Assembly: GCA_030695165.1 (NCBI GenBank)
Contig: JAUYTH010000123.1
Span: 1 to 43,511 of the forward strand
Origin: Bacteroidales bacterium
GTDB taxonomy: Bacteria; Bacteroidota; Bacteroidia; Bacteroidales; UBA932
Direction of reading: 5' to 3'
Length of the DNA stretch: 43,511 bases
Under the pieces are notes generated by a model that was not told the DNA's origin, ran no database searches, and saw only the letters and a list, made by a program, of their open reading frames with translations. The translations under genes were made by a program, and so were the position numbers. Every line of letters begins with the position of its first letter. Position 1 is the first letter of the stretch. Shown in pieces: positions 19,540 through 29,776 of this stretch.

Positions 19540-20632
19540 ATGTTTACAACGGATCAGTACAAAGAGATCCGTCAGCGGATTTTGGCGCTGGGGAGGTCTC
19601 TTTGACATCGAAAACAAGAGAGTAGAGTTACAACAGAGCGAGCAGAGAACACAAGATCCCGACTTCTGGAAAAATCCTTCTCAGGCAGAGCTCTTTCTTA
19701 AAAAGACATCAGCAGTAAATTATTGGGTCAAGAGTTATACCGAGGTAGAGACGCTTATGGAGGATTTGGGTGTGCTGGTAGATTTTCTCAAGGAGGACAA
19801 CTCCCTGGAGGAGGAGATAACCGGGCACTTCAAAAGTCTCTTAACTAAGGTCGAGGCTCTTGAGACAAGGAGTATGCTGGGTTACGAAGGAGATAATCTT
19901 GGTGCGATTCTAAAGATTAACTCGGGAGCCGGCGGTACGGAGAGTAACGACTGGAGCTCTATGCTTATGAGGATGTATGTAAGGTGGGGTGAGAGAAACG
20001 GCTATAAGGTTCATATCTACGACATTGTAGATGGCGAAGAGGCGGGGATAAAGTCTGTTACCATAGAGTTTGAAGGGGAGTATGCATACGGCTATCTAAA
20101 AGCCGAGAACGGTGTTCACAGGCTTGTGAGAATATCTCCATTCAATGCTCAGGGTAAGAGACAGACCACATTCTCCTCTGTTTTTGTCTACCCTGCTGTA
20201 GACGATACCATAAACATTGAGATAAATGCAGGGGATATTGAGTGGGACACCTTTCGCTCCGGTGGAGCCGGTGGGCAGAATGTGAACAAGGTGGAGACCG
20301 GGGTGAGGGTTAGACACCTTCCTACCGGAATCACTGTAGAGAACACAGAATCTCGTTCTCAGCTGGATAACAGGCAGAATGCATTGAGGATATTAAAGTC
20401 TCACCTCTATGAACTGGAGCTTAAGAAGAAGAGGGAGAGAGAGGCAGAGCTGGAGGGGAAGAAGTTGAAGATAGAGTGGGGCTCTCAAATTCGAAGCTAT
20501 GTACTTCACCCCTATAAGATGGTAAAGGACCTGAGGACAGATTTTGAGACATCGGACACACAGGAGGTGCTGGACGGAGGCCTTAACGGCTTTATGAGAG
20601 AGTTCTTAATGCAGAATTCCAGTGCAAATTAG
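19540..20632 (+). CDS. prfB: peptide chain release factor 2 (join 19540-19602, 19604-20632; +1 programmed frameshift)
   Basis: The frame from ATG 19540 ([21 protein letters not shown]) ends at CTT-TGA-C; the +1 frame continues DIENKR..DPDFW..; SPF and GGQ motifs present. Confidence 0.97.
19590..19606 (+). promoter_or_regulatory. prfB frameshift cassette
   Basis: GGGGAGG-TCT-CTT-TGA-C: internal SD 3 nt upstream of the slippery Leu codon and UGA. Confidence 0.95.
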
Positions 20633-20727
20633 AGAGAACTGCCTCTACAAATAGGAGAGAGGCGCACAATTTGCTGTTTGGTTTGTTTATAAATTGTGTA
20701 CTGAAGAATAAATAAAAATTGAGAGAG

Positions 20728-22344
20728 ATGGAGTTTAAATTCAATGAGATGTTCCCATTGGGAACCGACAAAACAGAATATCATCTGCTTACAGATAAAT
20801 ATGTATCTACTTCATCTTTTGATGGAGAGGAGATACTTAAAGTTGACCCGCAGGGGCTGAGAGTTCTGGCGAAACAGGCAATGCACGATATTGCATTTAT
20901 GTTGAGACCGGAGCACAATGAACAGGTATCTAAAATACTGAATGACCCCGAGGCAAGTGTGAATGACAGGGCGGTTGCACTCACAATGCTGCTTAATGCC
21001 GATATCTCATCTAAGGGTGTTTTACCCTTTTGTCAGGATACCGGCACAGCAACAGTTGTTGCCAAAAAGGGAGATAAGGTGTGGACGGGTGGAGGCGACG
21101 AGCAGGCTCTTGCCCACGGAGTATTTGACACATACCAACAGGATAACCTGAGATACTCCCAGACCATAGCACTCGATATGTATACAGAGAAGAACTCCGG
21201 AAACAATCTGCCTGCACAGATAGATATCTACTCCTCAAACGGGAGTGAATACAAGTTTCTCTTCGTTGCAAAGGGTGGAGGATCTGCAAATAAGAGTTTC
21301 CTTTTCCAGGAGACGAAGGCGCTTTTAAACCCTGCAACCATGGAGAAGTACCTTGTAGAGAAGATGAAGCTCTTCGGGACATCTGCCTGCCCTCCCTACC
21401 ATATTGCATTTGTGATTGGGGGGACCTCTGCCGAGCAGTGTATGAAAACAGTGAAGCTTGCATCGGCAAAATATCTGGATGAACTTCCCAAAAAAGGGGG
21501 AGATGAGGGTCACGCTTTCCGGGATCTTGAACTGGAGGCAAAGCTGCTCAAGGCTGCCAACTCTCTGGGGATAGGTGCCCAGTTCGGAGGGAAATACTAT
21601 GCACACGACATAAGGGTTATACGCCTGCCCAGACACGGTGCCTCCTGCCCTCTAGGGATGGGTGTCTCCTGCAGTGCCGATAGAAACATTAAGGCCAAAA
21701 TCAACAAAGAGGGTATCTGGCTGGAGACTCTGGACTCAAATCCTGCAAGACTAATTCCGGAAAAATTGAGAAATGTAGAGGCAACTCACACAGGAGCCGT
21801 TATGATTGATCTTAACCGCCCGATGAAAGATATACTAGCCAATCTGTCACAATATCCTGTATCTACATTTCTGCTTCTTAACGGGACAATTATAGTTGCG
21901 AGGGATAGTGCCCACGCAAAACTGAAAGAGAGGATAGATTCCGGGCTGGGGCTGCCGCAGTATGTTAAAGACCACCCCATTTACTATGCCGGCCCTGCCA
22001 AAAAGCCGCAGGGATTTGCAAGCGGCTCATTCGGCCCCACAACAGCCGGGAGGATGGACTCCTACGTAAGTCTCTTCCAGAGCCACGGAGGGAGTATGAT
22101 TATGATAGCCAAAGGAAACAGGAGCAAACAGGTTACAGATGCCTGTAAGCAATTTGGCGGGTTCTATCTGGGCAGCATCGGCGGCCCGGCTGCAATACTT
22201 GCCCAGGAGAGCATTAAAAAAGTTGAGATGCTTGAGTACCCCGAACTAGGTATGGAGGCGATATGGAGAATCGAGGTAGAAAACTTCCCTGCATTTTTAT
22301 TGGTGGACGACAAAGGCAACGACTTTTTTGCCGGACTGCTGTAG
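20728..22344 (+). CDS. fumA: class I (Fe-S) fumarate hydratase
   Basis: [41 protein letters not shown]; fumA vs fumB cannot be distinguished. Confidence 0.93.
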   Translation: MEFKFNEMFPLGTDKTEYHLLTDKYVSTSSFDGEEILKVDPQGLRVLAKQAMHDIAFMLRPEHNEQVSKILNDPEASVNDRAVALTMLLNADISSKGVLPFCQDTGTATVVAKKGDKVWTGGGDEQALAHGVFDTYQQDNLRYSQTIALDMYTEKNSGNNLPAQIDIYSSNGSEYKFLFVAKGGGSANKSFLFQETKALLNPATMEKYLVEKMKLFGTSACPPYHIAFVIGGTSAEQCMKTVKLASAKYLDELPKKGGDEGHAFRDLELEAKLLKAANSLGIGAQFGGKYYAHDIRVIRLPRHGASCPLGMGVSCSADRNIKAKINKEGIWLETLDSNPARLIPEKLRNVEATHTGAVMIDLNRPMKDILANLSQYPVSTFLLLNGTIIVARDSAHAKLKERIDSGLGLPQYVKDHPIYYAGPAKKPQGFASGSFGPTTAGRMDSYVSLFQSHGGSMIMIAKGNRSKQVTDACKQFGGFYLGSIGGPAAILAQESIKKVEMLEYPELGMEAIWRIEVENFPAFLLVDDKGNDFFAGLL

Positions 22345-22378
22345 CTTTGCCCGAGTTTCCCTTCCGGGGAAAGATTTT
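22345..22378 (+). terminator. possible terminator between convergent genes
   Basis: CTTTGCCCG...CGGGAAAG imperfect stem followed by ATTTTT. Confidence 0.4.
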
Positions 22379-23262
22379 TAAACCGGCTCGGTGTGAATAC
22401 TTGTTTGGGTTCCTTTGCCGAAACGGTTCCGAAGTTCGGTTTCGAGTTCGGAGGCTATGTCGTGTGACCTTACAAAGGTTGTCTCTTTATCTATTTTAAT
22501 GTGAACATCTATCGCATAAATGCTGCCTATCTTCCTGGTTCTAAGATGGTGGTACCTAATGATTTCGGGATGGGAGGTGATTATGGCCTCTATCTCAGTT
22601 GTAATCTCCTGTGAGAGTGAAGATTCAAGGAGCTCTTTAATACTTGGAATGGAGAGTTCAACGGCAACTTTCATAATAAAGAAACTCACGATTACCCCTG
22701 CAATGGGGTCAAGTATCCTCCAGTTTTCGCCCAGAAATATTGCACCGGATATGCCAAGTGCTGTTCCAATTGAGGAGAAGGCATCGGAGCGGTGGTGCCA
22801 ACCGTTTGCAATTACAGCATCGCTCTTTATCTCTTTGCCTATTTTAAGCGTGTAGCGGAAGAGTATCTCCTTTGAAATAATTGAAATAATGGCAGCCCAA
22901 AATGCAATCATTCCCGGCTGCTCAATTTTGTCGCCTCCAATTGATGAGATAATCTTTTCCACTCCGGTTATAAGAATTCCGGCGCCTACTCCAAACAGAA
23001 CCAAAGCAATTATAAGGGTTGCAAAAGTTTCAAATTTCCCGTGTCCGTAGTGGTGATTTTCGTCTGACTCCTTCCCTGAGATATTAACAAAAGCGATAAC
23101 TACGATATCGGTTAAAAAATCTGATAGGGAGTGAATAGCATCTGCAGTCATAGCTGCACTTTTGCCTATTATCCCTGCAAAAAGTTTTGCCAGAGTTAGG
23201 AGCAGATTTACAAAGAACCCAATCCAGGTTACTCTTTTTGCTATCTTAGTCCTTTCGTTCAT
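22378..23262 (-). CDS. cation diffusion facilitator (FieF-like)
   Basis: ADAIHSLSD, HHYGHGKFE, HHRSDA, C-terminal IHTEP; TATATTTG box at 23291-23298. Confidence 0.92.
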   Translation of the reverse strand: MNERTKIAKRVTWIGFFVNLLLTLAKLFAGIIGKSAAMTADAIHSLSDFLTDIVVIAFVNISGKESDENHHYGHGKFETFATLIIALVLFGVGAGILITGVEKIISSIGGDKIEQPGMIAFWAAIISIISKEILFRYTLKIGKEIKSDAVIANGWHHRSDAFSSIGTALGISGAIFLGENWRILDPIAGVIVSFFIMKVAVELSIPSIKELLESSLSQEITTEIEAIITSHPEIIRYHHLRTRKIGSIYAIDVHIKIDKETTFVRSHDIASELETELRNRFGKGTQTSIHTEPV

Positions 23263-23323
23263 AACTTAATATGCTTTTATAAACAAAACTCAAATATAGG
23301 TGTTTTAATCCATAAACTTTTAT

Positions 23324-24457
23324 ATGAAAATTGCATTTTTTCTCTTCATACTCACATTCGTAATAGGCTATAACTACTATGTATTCATACGCGGGCTCTC
23401 GATTCTCCCCTCAATTGCATTTGTAAGATATTTATACTCTATTGTTTTTTGGACTCTTACCCTCTCATTTTTTGTGAGAATGTTTTACGGAGAGAGACTT
23501 CCGCAAACAGCAATGGTAGCCCTATCTGCAGTAGCTTTTACCTGGTTGGTAGCCGTTATCTACTTTTTATTGATCTCTCTGGGTTTTGATCTTATAAGAG
23601 TTCTCAACCACTTTTTTGATATCTACCCCCGATTTATAAAGGAGAACTATGCTGCTGCCAAGTCCATCTCTGCAATTGTATCAATAACCGGTGTCTCGCT
23701 TCTGCTGCTCTACGGAAACTACAGCTTCAACAACCCTCAGGCTACAAGGCTTGAGATCTCCATTAAGAAAGCTCTGCCCGGAGATGGAATAAGATTGGTA
23801 ATGATGAGCGATCTTCACCTTGGTTCAAGTATAAACGGAGAGGATTTAAGCAGGTTTGTAGAGATGATTAACAGAGAGAAGGCAGATATTGTACTTATTG
23901 CGGGTGATATTGCAGATATGAACCTTGAACCCCTAATCAGATGGGATGTTGCAGGGCGGCTCTCCAAAATAGAGTCTAAATACGGCACCTACGCAATTAG
24001 CGGTAACCACGAGTTCTATGCAGGAGAGAAAGAGAAGATCTACAGCTATTTGAGATCGTCAGGAGTTAATGTGCTGATAGACTCAGTGGCAATTGTGGGA
24101 GATAGCATTCAAATTGTGGGACGTGACGATAAAACCAATTCAAAAAGGGCTCCGCTGAGTGAGATTTTGAAAAATATTGAGAGAACAAAGCCTATAATTC
24201 TTATGGACCACCAACCCTTTAATCTTGAGCAGGCTCAAAATGAGGGGGTAGACCTACAGCTCTCCGGACACACCCACAACGGACAATTTTGGCCCGGTAG
24301 TCTCATTGTTAAGTGGATGTATGAGCTCTCATATGGTTATAAGATGAAGGGAGATACCCACTATTTTGTATCTTCGGGTATTGGACTTTGGGGTCCAAAG
24401 TTCCGAATAGGAACAAAATCGGAGATTGTAGTAATTGATATAAAATCTAAGATTTAG
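23324..24457 (+). CDS. membrane-anchored metallophosphoesterase (YkuE/YaeI-like)
   Basis: N-terminal TMs; SDLHLG, AGDIAD, GNHE, DHQP, SGHTHNGQ. Confidence 0.9.
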   Translation: MKIAFFLFILTFVIGYNYYVFIRGLSILPSIAFVRYLYSIVFWTLTLSFFVRMFYGERLPQTAMVALSAVAFTWLVAVIYFLLISLGFDLIRVLNHFFDIYPRFIKENYAAAKSISAIVSITGVSLLLLYGNYSFNNPQATRLEISIKKALPGDGIRLVMMSDLHLGSSINGEDLSRFVEMINREKADIVLIAGDIADMNLEPLIRWDVAGRLSKIESKYGTYAISGNHEFYAGEKEKIYSYLRSSGVNVLIDSVAIVGDSIQIVGRDDKTNSKRAPLSEILKNIERTKPIILMDHQPFNLEQAQNEGVDLQLSGHTHNGQFWPGSLIVKWMYELSYGYKMKGDTHYFVSSGIGLWGPKFRIGTKSEIVVIDIKSKI

Positions 24458-24520
24458 GCGTAAGATTATTAATAATTATTTGTCAAATATTAAGTATAAA
24501 CAACCTAAGAAAATATAAAG

Positions 24521-25810
24521 ATGAAACAAACTATTAGAAGAAAACTCTTCGTCTTGGCATTTCTGATGCTTGCAATTTCAATATCTGCTAATGCTCAGCT
24601 ATTTAAAGAGCTTAAATTGTCCGAATATCTTGAGATTGTCCGGAAGAACAATCTGGAGTATGCATCACAGAGGCTCTCAATTGACATTGCAGATGCAGAG
24701 ATTATCTCGGCCTCTGTATTCAATAACCCATCACTTGGGTTAGGTTACTACAATAGTGAGCTTAACAATATGCAGATGGGATATGGCGGAATTGTGGAGA
24801 TAAGCCAGACATTCTCTCCCGGCAGAAGATCTGCTGCAATGAAGCTGGCTCACACATCAAAGGAGATATCAGCTATGTTGCTTGCAGATTTTATGAGAAT
24901 ACTGCAACAGGATGCAACCCTCACCTGGCTTGAGACCGTTCGGCTGAGAGAGCAGTATGAGCTTCGCAAGAGCAGCTATAAAGATCAGATCAAGATGATG
25001 GAGTCCGACAGCATAAGAAGGGCGCACGAGTCAATTCGCGACCTGGATGCTTTGCAAAACAGAGTCGAGACCGGAAACCTATATAGCGAGATTTTAGATA
25101 TTGAAGGCGAGCTTAATGCCCTTTATCAGGAGATTTCTAACTATTGTGGGACAGGCGGGAATGACACTGTTTATATTCCGGAAAGGAAAAACATATGGAA
25201 TAACAGAAGTTATAATCTAAATGAGATTATCAACACTGCGATAAATAACAGGGTAGATATTATTGCTGCACGCAAGGAGATAGATCTCTCTAAATATGCA
25301 CTGAATGCAGCCAAAAACGAAAGAATCCCGGAGTTTGACATCTTCATAGGTTACGGTGTAAATGCAGAGGTGAAAAACGAGCTGGCCCCGGCGCCAAAAC
25401 ACAATGGTATCGAATTTGGAATATCATTTCCGATTCCTCTTTTCAACAGAGGTAAAGGTGAAATATTAGCTGCCCGTGCAAATGAGAGGGAGGCAGAGAT
25501 AAGATACCGCCAAGCTCAGATGCAGGTGAGAAGTGAGGTGGTAAATGCATTTAATGCATATCTGTTTGCCGATAAGAAGATGAAACTCTTTACTTCCGGT
25601 TTAGTCAAGAGTGCAAAAGAGGTTCTGGAAGCCAGAAGAGAGGAGTACTATAATGGAGAGGTACACCTTATAGAGGTTATGGATGCTCAAAGAAGTTATG
25701 ACGAGATTCTGCTCTCCTTCTATTCAACAATCTACGAGAAGTCTAAAGCTCTTGTAATGCTTGAGTCTTCTATAGGTGTTTGGAACATTGAGAGTGTAGG
25801 GCCATTCTAA
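24521..25810 (+). CDS. TolC/CzcC-family outer membrane efflux protein
   Basis: Signal peptide ANA|Q; NNPSL, RIPEFDI, SFPIPLFNRGKGEI, YYNGEVHLIEVMDAQR. Confidence 0.85.
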   Translation: MKQTIRRKLFVLAFLMLAISISANAQLFKELKLSEYLEIVRKNNLEYASQRLSIDIADAEIISASVFNNPSLGLGYYNSELNNMQMGYGGIVEISQTFSPGRRSAAMKLAHTSKEISAMLLADFMRILQQDATLTWLETVRLREQYELRKSSYKDQIKMMESDSIRRAHESIRDLDALQNRVETGNLYSEILDIEGELNALYQEISNYCGTGGNDTVYIPERKNIWNNRSYNLNEIINTAINNRVDIIAARKEIDLSKYALNAAKNERIPEFDIFIGYGVNAEVKNELAPAPKHNGIEFGISFPIPLFNRGKGEILAARANEREAEIRYRQAQMQVRSEVVNAFNAYLFADKKMKLFTSGLVKSAKEVLEARREEYYNGEVHLIEVMDAQRSYDEILLSFYSTIYEKSKALVMLESSIGVWNIESVGPF

Positions 25811-25812
25811 GG

Positions 25813-26634
25813 TTACCAGCTTCCACCGGCACCGCCGCCGCCAAATCCGCCGCCGCCGAAGCCCCCGAAACCACCTCCGCCACCACCGAATCCGCCGCCA
25901 AATCCACCTGAACTGCCTCTTCCTCCGGAGAGTAAAGAGCCAAGTAGAAGAAGGTCCAGAGCACTTGGTCCTCTGCGACCTCCGCTTCCAAGGTTTGTTG
26001 TATTTCCACCTTTTTTGCCTATTGCCAAGACAACAAAAATAAAGACAAAAAAGAGTATGACTAACGCTCCTGCAATACCACCCTCTTCACCCTTCTTGTA
26101 CTCCTGATAGCTGTACTCTCCTGCAGCAATAGGTAATATAACCATTAGTGCGGCATCTATCCCTGCATAGTAGTTGTCCAGTTTGAAATTTGGGATCATC
26201 TCGTTTTCAATGATCCTTTTACACACTGCATCCGGGAGAGCACCCTCAAGGCCGTATCCGGTTGCAATAAAAGCCTCTCCTCTCTCGTTGCCAATTTTTG
26301 GCTTTACAAGAATAACAATTCCGTTGTTGAATTTGGCATCGCCCACTCCCCAGGTTTCTCCTATAGAGTATGCCATCTGAGCTTTATCCATACCATCCAG
26401 AGATGCTACGATAACCACCACAACCTGGTTTGAGGTTGTTTTAGAGAACTCAACCAGCCTGCTCTCCAAATCGCTCTTTTGACTTGCAGAGAGAACTCCT
26501 GCAAAATCGTTAACCAGAACTGCGGGTACCGGTTTTTGCGGAACTGCAGAAAAGATAACTGCAGGTAGCAGGAGCAGTAGGGATGCTACAAGCACCAGCC
26601 TACTCACCAAATGATATCTCATTGCTCTGTTCAT
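25813..26634 (-). CDS. TPM domain protein (YgcG-like) with TM and Gly-rich tail; start may be 26622
   Basis: VNDFAGVL, WGVG..NNGI, TGYGLEGALPD, ...GGFGGGGAGGSW. Confidence 0.9.
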   Translation of the reverse strand: MNRAMRYHLVSRLVLVASLLLLLPAVIFSAVPQKPVPAVLVNDFAGVLSASQKSDLESRLVEFSKTTSNQVVVVIVASLDGMDKAQMAYSIGETWGVGDAKFNNGIVILVKPKIGNERGEAFIATGYGLEGALPDAVCKRIIENEMIPNFKLDNYYAGIDAALMVILPIAAGEYSYQEYKKGEEGGIAGALVILFFVFIFVVLAIGKKGGNTTNLGSGGRRGPSALDLLLLGSLLSGGRGSSGGFGGGFGGGGGGFGGFGGGGFGGGGAGGSW

Positions 26635-27037
26635 TAGTGTCGTCGGTTTGATAAGGGAAGTAACTCTTTAGATTGTTTCCGGCAATTTCAATAATCGAAA
26701 TAAGTCCGTTTGCAATCTCTCCCTTTTGAAGGAAAGAGAGCAGCAGCTCTTTCTCTTGATCCCAGAAATTATCAGGCACCTTTTCATTTATTCCGGAATC
26801 TCCGATTATTGCAAATTTTTTTGATTCAAATGCAATATAGATAAGAACGCCGTTGCGATCTTTTGTTTTATGCATCTTCAGTTTATTGAAAAGGTAGACT
26901 GCCCTTTCGTATGGATCACCACTGCAAAGAGATTCGAGATGAACCCGAATCTCTCCAGATGTGTTGAGCTCTGCAGATTCAATAGCCTTTACAATCTGCT
27001 CCTGCTCATCTTTGCTGAGATATTTTGAGGAGGCCAC
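26600..27037 (-). CDS. small TPM domain protein (GTG start)
   Basis: AELNTSGEIRVH, TKDRNGVLIY, IGDSGI, D.NE.SNEI. Confidence 0.88.
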   Translation of the reverse strand: MASSKYLSKDEQEQIVKAIESAELNTSGEIRVHLESLCSGDPYERAVYLFNKLKMHKTKDRNGVLIYIAFESKKFAIIGDSGINEKVPDNFWDQEKELLLSFLQKGEIANGLISIIEIAGNNLKSYFPYQTDDTNEQSNEISFGE

Positions 27038-27039
27038 GG

Positions 27040-27636
27040 CTAGAACTGCACTACAGGAGCACTCTCTGCACCCTCTTGAGCTTCAAAGTACACTTTTTTC
27101 TCAAAGCCGAAAATTCCGGCAAGAATATTCTTAGGGAAGAGACGAATAGTTGTGTTATAGAGCCTTGCTGTCTCGTTGTATTTTTGTCTCTCAACTGTAA
27201 TTCTGTTTTCTGTACCCTCTAATTGTGCCTGAAGCTCTAAAAAATTCTGACTTGCTTTGAGAACCGGATACTGCTCCACAACCACCATCAATCTGCCGAT
27301 TGCCTGTGAGAGTTCGCCCTGTGCCTGCTGGAATTTAGCCATACTCTCCGGAGTCATATTTGTTGGATCTATTGTAGTCTGAGTTGCTTTTGCTCTTGCG
27401 TTAACAACTCCTTCCAGAGTCTCTCTTTCGTGTGAGGCGTAGCCTTTAACAGTTGCAACAAGGTTTGGAATGAGATCTGCACGTCTCTGATAAACATTCT
27501 CTACCTGAGACCAGGCAGTGATTACTCCCTCCTCCTGGCCAACCATCTTATTGTAGCCATTCTTTCCCCACATAAATATTAAGAACAGGACACCGAGAAT
27601 AATAATCAGTGTAATGATGCCTTTTGAAAGTTTCAT
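27040..27636 (-). CDS. lemA: LemA family protein
   Basis: WSQVENVYQRRADLIPNLV, YPVLKA, LEGTENRI. Confidence 0.95.
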   Translation of the reverse strand: MKLSKGIITLIIILGVLFLIFMWGKNGYNKMVGQEEGVITAWSQVENVYQRRADLIPNLVATVKGYASHERETLEGVVNARAKATQTTIDPTNMTPESMAKFQQAQGELSQAIGRLMVVVEQYPVLKASQNFLELQAQLEGTENRITVERQKYNETARLYNTTIRLFPKNILAGIFGFEKKVYFEAQEGAESAPVVQF

Positions 27637-27666
27637 ATTCTTGAAAATTTTAGTTAATAATCTTAT

Positions 27667-28683
27667 CTACTGAACAAGCTTCACGCAACGGACAGATGCT
27701 CCCATATAGCCTTTGTCTGCAAAGTTGTAAGGAAAATCTGAGGTGTCAAAATGGATAAAACGGTACTCTCCGTTGTTTGAGTCTTTTTGGGATGAGCTCC
27801 ACCAGAATCCAAATTGAGAGATATTTGCAAAACTCTTAAAGTTGTTGGAGGAGCTTCCTCCGGGTAGGGCATTCCAGCCGATGGTGTTGTTTTTTATGTT
27901 ATTAGGGCTGTACTTCCATATAGATATGCCGTTTAGTTTGGCATTTGCAGAGGCTTTCTCTCCAAGTCCTGCCCAATTGGAGTCAAAGATAACTGGAGAC
28001 CCTTTGAGGGCCCCGCCTAAATTTTCCCAATCCTCCTTGGTTGGAACGCTCCACCCTTGTGGACACACCCCTTTGGGGCCGTTACCAAGGCCGGTTTTAC
28101 TCTCTCCTGCTGTCGCCTCGTTCCAGGTGTAGAGAACTCCATAGATTGGAGCGAGAGCTTTTTCATTGTTGTAGGCTTTTCCGGCACCTTCCCACTGAAG
28201 GTTTGAGGTAAACCAGTATAACTTATCAAATTGTTTATAGTTGTAGATCTTTCCGTCACGAGTATCTGTAAGAGTTCCTGGCCCTTTTATTGTGCCTGAG
28301 TAGCTACCCTCAACGTTAGGGTTTATTACTATTGTGGTCTTGGATAGTGTTTTTGAGGCGTAATCCGGATGGGAGACAGTAAGGATAACCGAGTAGTCTC
28401 CATACCCTCCGGGGGCAATAATCTTAACACTCTCTCCAACAATCGAGTCAACTCCAAAACCGGTGGTATGCCATTTATATGTAGCGCCGGTAGTAGGGGT
28501 TGTTATGCCGGTAGCCTTGAGTTCTACCTCCTGAAAAGCTGTTAAATAACCCGGAAGAGTGTAGACAAGAGTGCCTTCCATATATAGAGTTTCATCATCT
28601 TCGGTGTCGTCCTTCTTGCAGGATGTAAAGGAGAGTGATGTTAAAAATAGCAGTGACAGAAAAAAAATTGAATACTTTCTCAT
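27667..28683 (-). CDS. FISUMP domain lipoprotein with N-terminal Ig/PKD-like region
   Basis: Lipobox FTSC-KKD; DTRDGKIY, YGVLYTW, CPQGWSVPT..W, GASVRCVK. Confidence 0.85.
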   Translation of the reverse strand: MRKYSIFFLSLLFLTSLSFTSCKKDDTEDDETLYMEGTLVYTLPGYLTAFQEVELKATGITTPTTGATYKWHTTGFGVDSIVGESVKIIAPGGYGDYSVILTVSHPDYASKTLSKTTIVINPNVEGSYSGTIKGPGTLTDTRDGKIYNYKQFDKLYWFTSNLQWEGAGKAYNNEKALAPIYGVLYTWNEATAGESKTGLGNGPKGVCPQGWSVPTKEDWENLGGALKGSPVIFDSNWAGLGEKASANAKLNGISIWKYSPNNIKNNTIGWNALPGGSSSNNFKSFANISQFGFWWSSSQKDSNNGEYRFIHFDTSDFPYNFADKGYMGASVRCVKLVQ

Positions 28684-28710
28684 ATTATTTACTGAGGTCG
28701 AATTAAGTAG

Positions 28711-28738
28711 CAAAGATATTATTTTTATTCTAAATTTG
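28711..28738. promoter_or_regulatory. divergent -7 boxes for the FISUMP-lemA operon and apbE
   Basis: TATCTTTG on - (28711-28718); TAAATTTG on + (28731-28738). Confidence 0.55.
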
Positions 28739-28757
28739 TGCCAAAGTATACCACCTA

Positions 28758-29759
28758 ATGAAATATTGGAGAATTAAATTTATAAACTGCGCACTATTAC
28801 TACTTTCTGGTTCGATAATTACAAGCTGTTCCAAAGCAGAGTACAGGATGATTGACGGTTTTACGCAAGGGACAACCTATCATATAGCCCACAGTGACGA
28901 TATAGGCGTTGCCCTTGACTCCCTGGTAGAGACTATCCTCAGAGATGTTGATTTCTCGCTCTCGGTTTACAATAAGGAGTCTCTTATCACACAAATCAAT
29001 AACGGAGAAGATATTACAATCGATACTCTCTTCCGGAATGTTTTCAATAGATCTTATGAAATTTACAAACTGAGTGGCGGGCTGTTTGATGTATCTGCAG
29101 CTCCTCTGTTCAATATATGGGGGTTTGGGTTTAAAAACAAGATGACCATTACCCAAGAGAGAGTTGACTCGGCATTACAGCTCACAGGAATGGATAAAAT
29201 CGCCATTGTGAATTCTAATGTGATAAAAACAATTCCAAATGTTACTCTCAATTTTAATGCAATTGCGCAGGGTTATACTGCAGATGTTATTGCATCTGAA
29301 TTTGAGAAACTTGGAATAAAAAATTACCTGATTGAGGTTGGAGGTGAGATATTTTGCAAAGGGGCTAACCCCAAAGGCAAAAAGTGGAGCGTGGGGATAG
29401 ACAGACCTGTAGATGGCAATATGATTCAGGGAGAAGATCTGCAGGATATTCTGCTGCTTTCGGGCGGGGGACTTGCAACCTCAGGTAACTACAGGAAATT
29501 TTATGAGGAGGATGGCCAAAAGTACTCTCATACTATCAATCCTCTTACCGGCTATCCGGCAAAAGAGAGCATCTTAAGTGCAACAGTGACAGCCCCGGAT
29601 GCAATGACTGCAGATGCCTATGCAACCTGGTTTATGGTAGCGGGTATTGAGAAGGCAATTAAGATAATCGAGAGCGACCCAACAATTGAGGGATACTTGG
29701 TCTATTCGCAGGGAGAGACCATCAAAGTCTACAAAAGTTCCGGTATAATAATTCGATAA
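28758..29759 (+). CDS. apbE: FAD:protein FMN transferase lipoprotein
   Basis: Lipobox ITSC; GTTY, FDVS..PL..WGFG, AIAQGY, EVGGE, ATSGNYR, HTINPLTG, ADAYAT. Confidence 0.93.
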   Translation: MKYWRIKFINCALLLLSGSIITSCSKAEYRMIDGFTQGTTYHIAHSDDIGVALDSLVETILRDVDFSLSVYNKESLITQINNGEDITIDTLFRNVFNRSYEIYKLSGGLFDVSAAPLFNIWGFGFKNKMTITQERVDSALQLTGMDKIAIVNSNVIKTIPNVTLNFNAIAQGYTADVIASEFEKLGIKNYLIEVGGEIFCKGANPKGKKWSVGIDRPVDGNMIQGEDLQDILLLSGGGLATSGNYRKFYEEDGQKYSHTINPLTGYPAKESILSATVTAPDAMTADAYATWFMVAGIEKAIKIIESDPTIEGYLVYSQGETIKVYKSSGIIIR

Positions 29760-29776
29760 CCTAAAACAGAGATATT

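Noticed and set aside
19757-20632. Truncated or pseudogenised prfB
   Set aside because: Fully explained by the canonical programmed frameshift.
20641-20663. GCCTCT..AGAGGC hairpin after prfB as a terminator
   Set aside because: Short stem and no adjacent U-tract.
21011-21541. 176-aa antisense ORF (and similar ones at 11156-11614, 17214-17636, 18820-19290)
   Set aside because: These are shadows of conserved genes with no motifs of their own.
25813-25930. GC-rich ccgccgcc repeats as a repeat array
   Set aside because: They encode the normal Gly-rich tail of YgcG-like TPM proteins.
27650-27670. TTATTAAC shared downstream of both FISUMP genes
   Set aside because: A short AT-rich word that is expected by chance in intergenic DNA.
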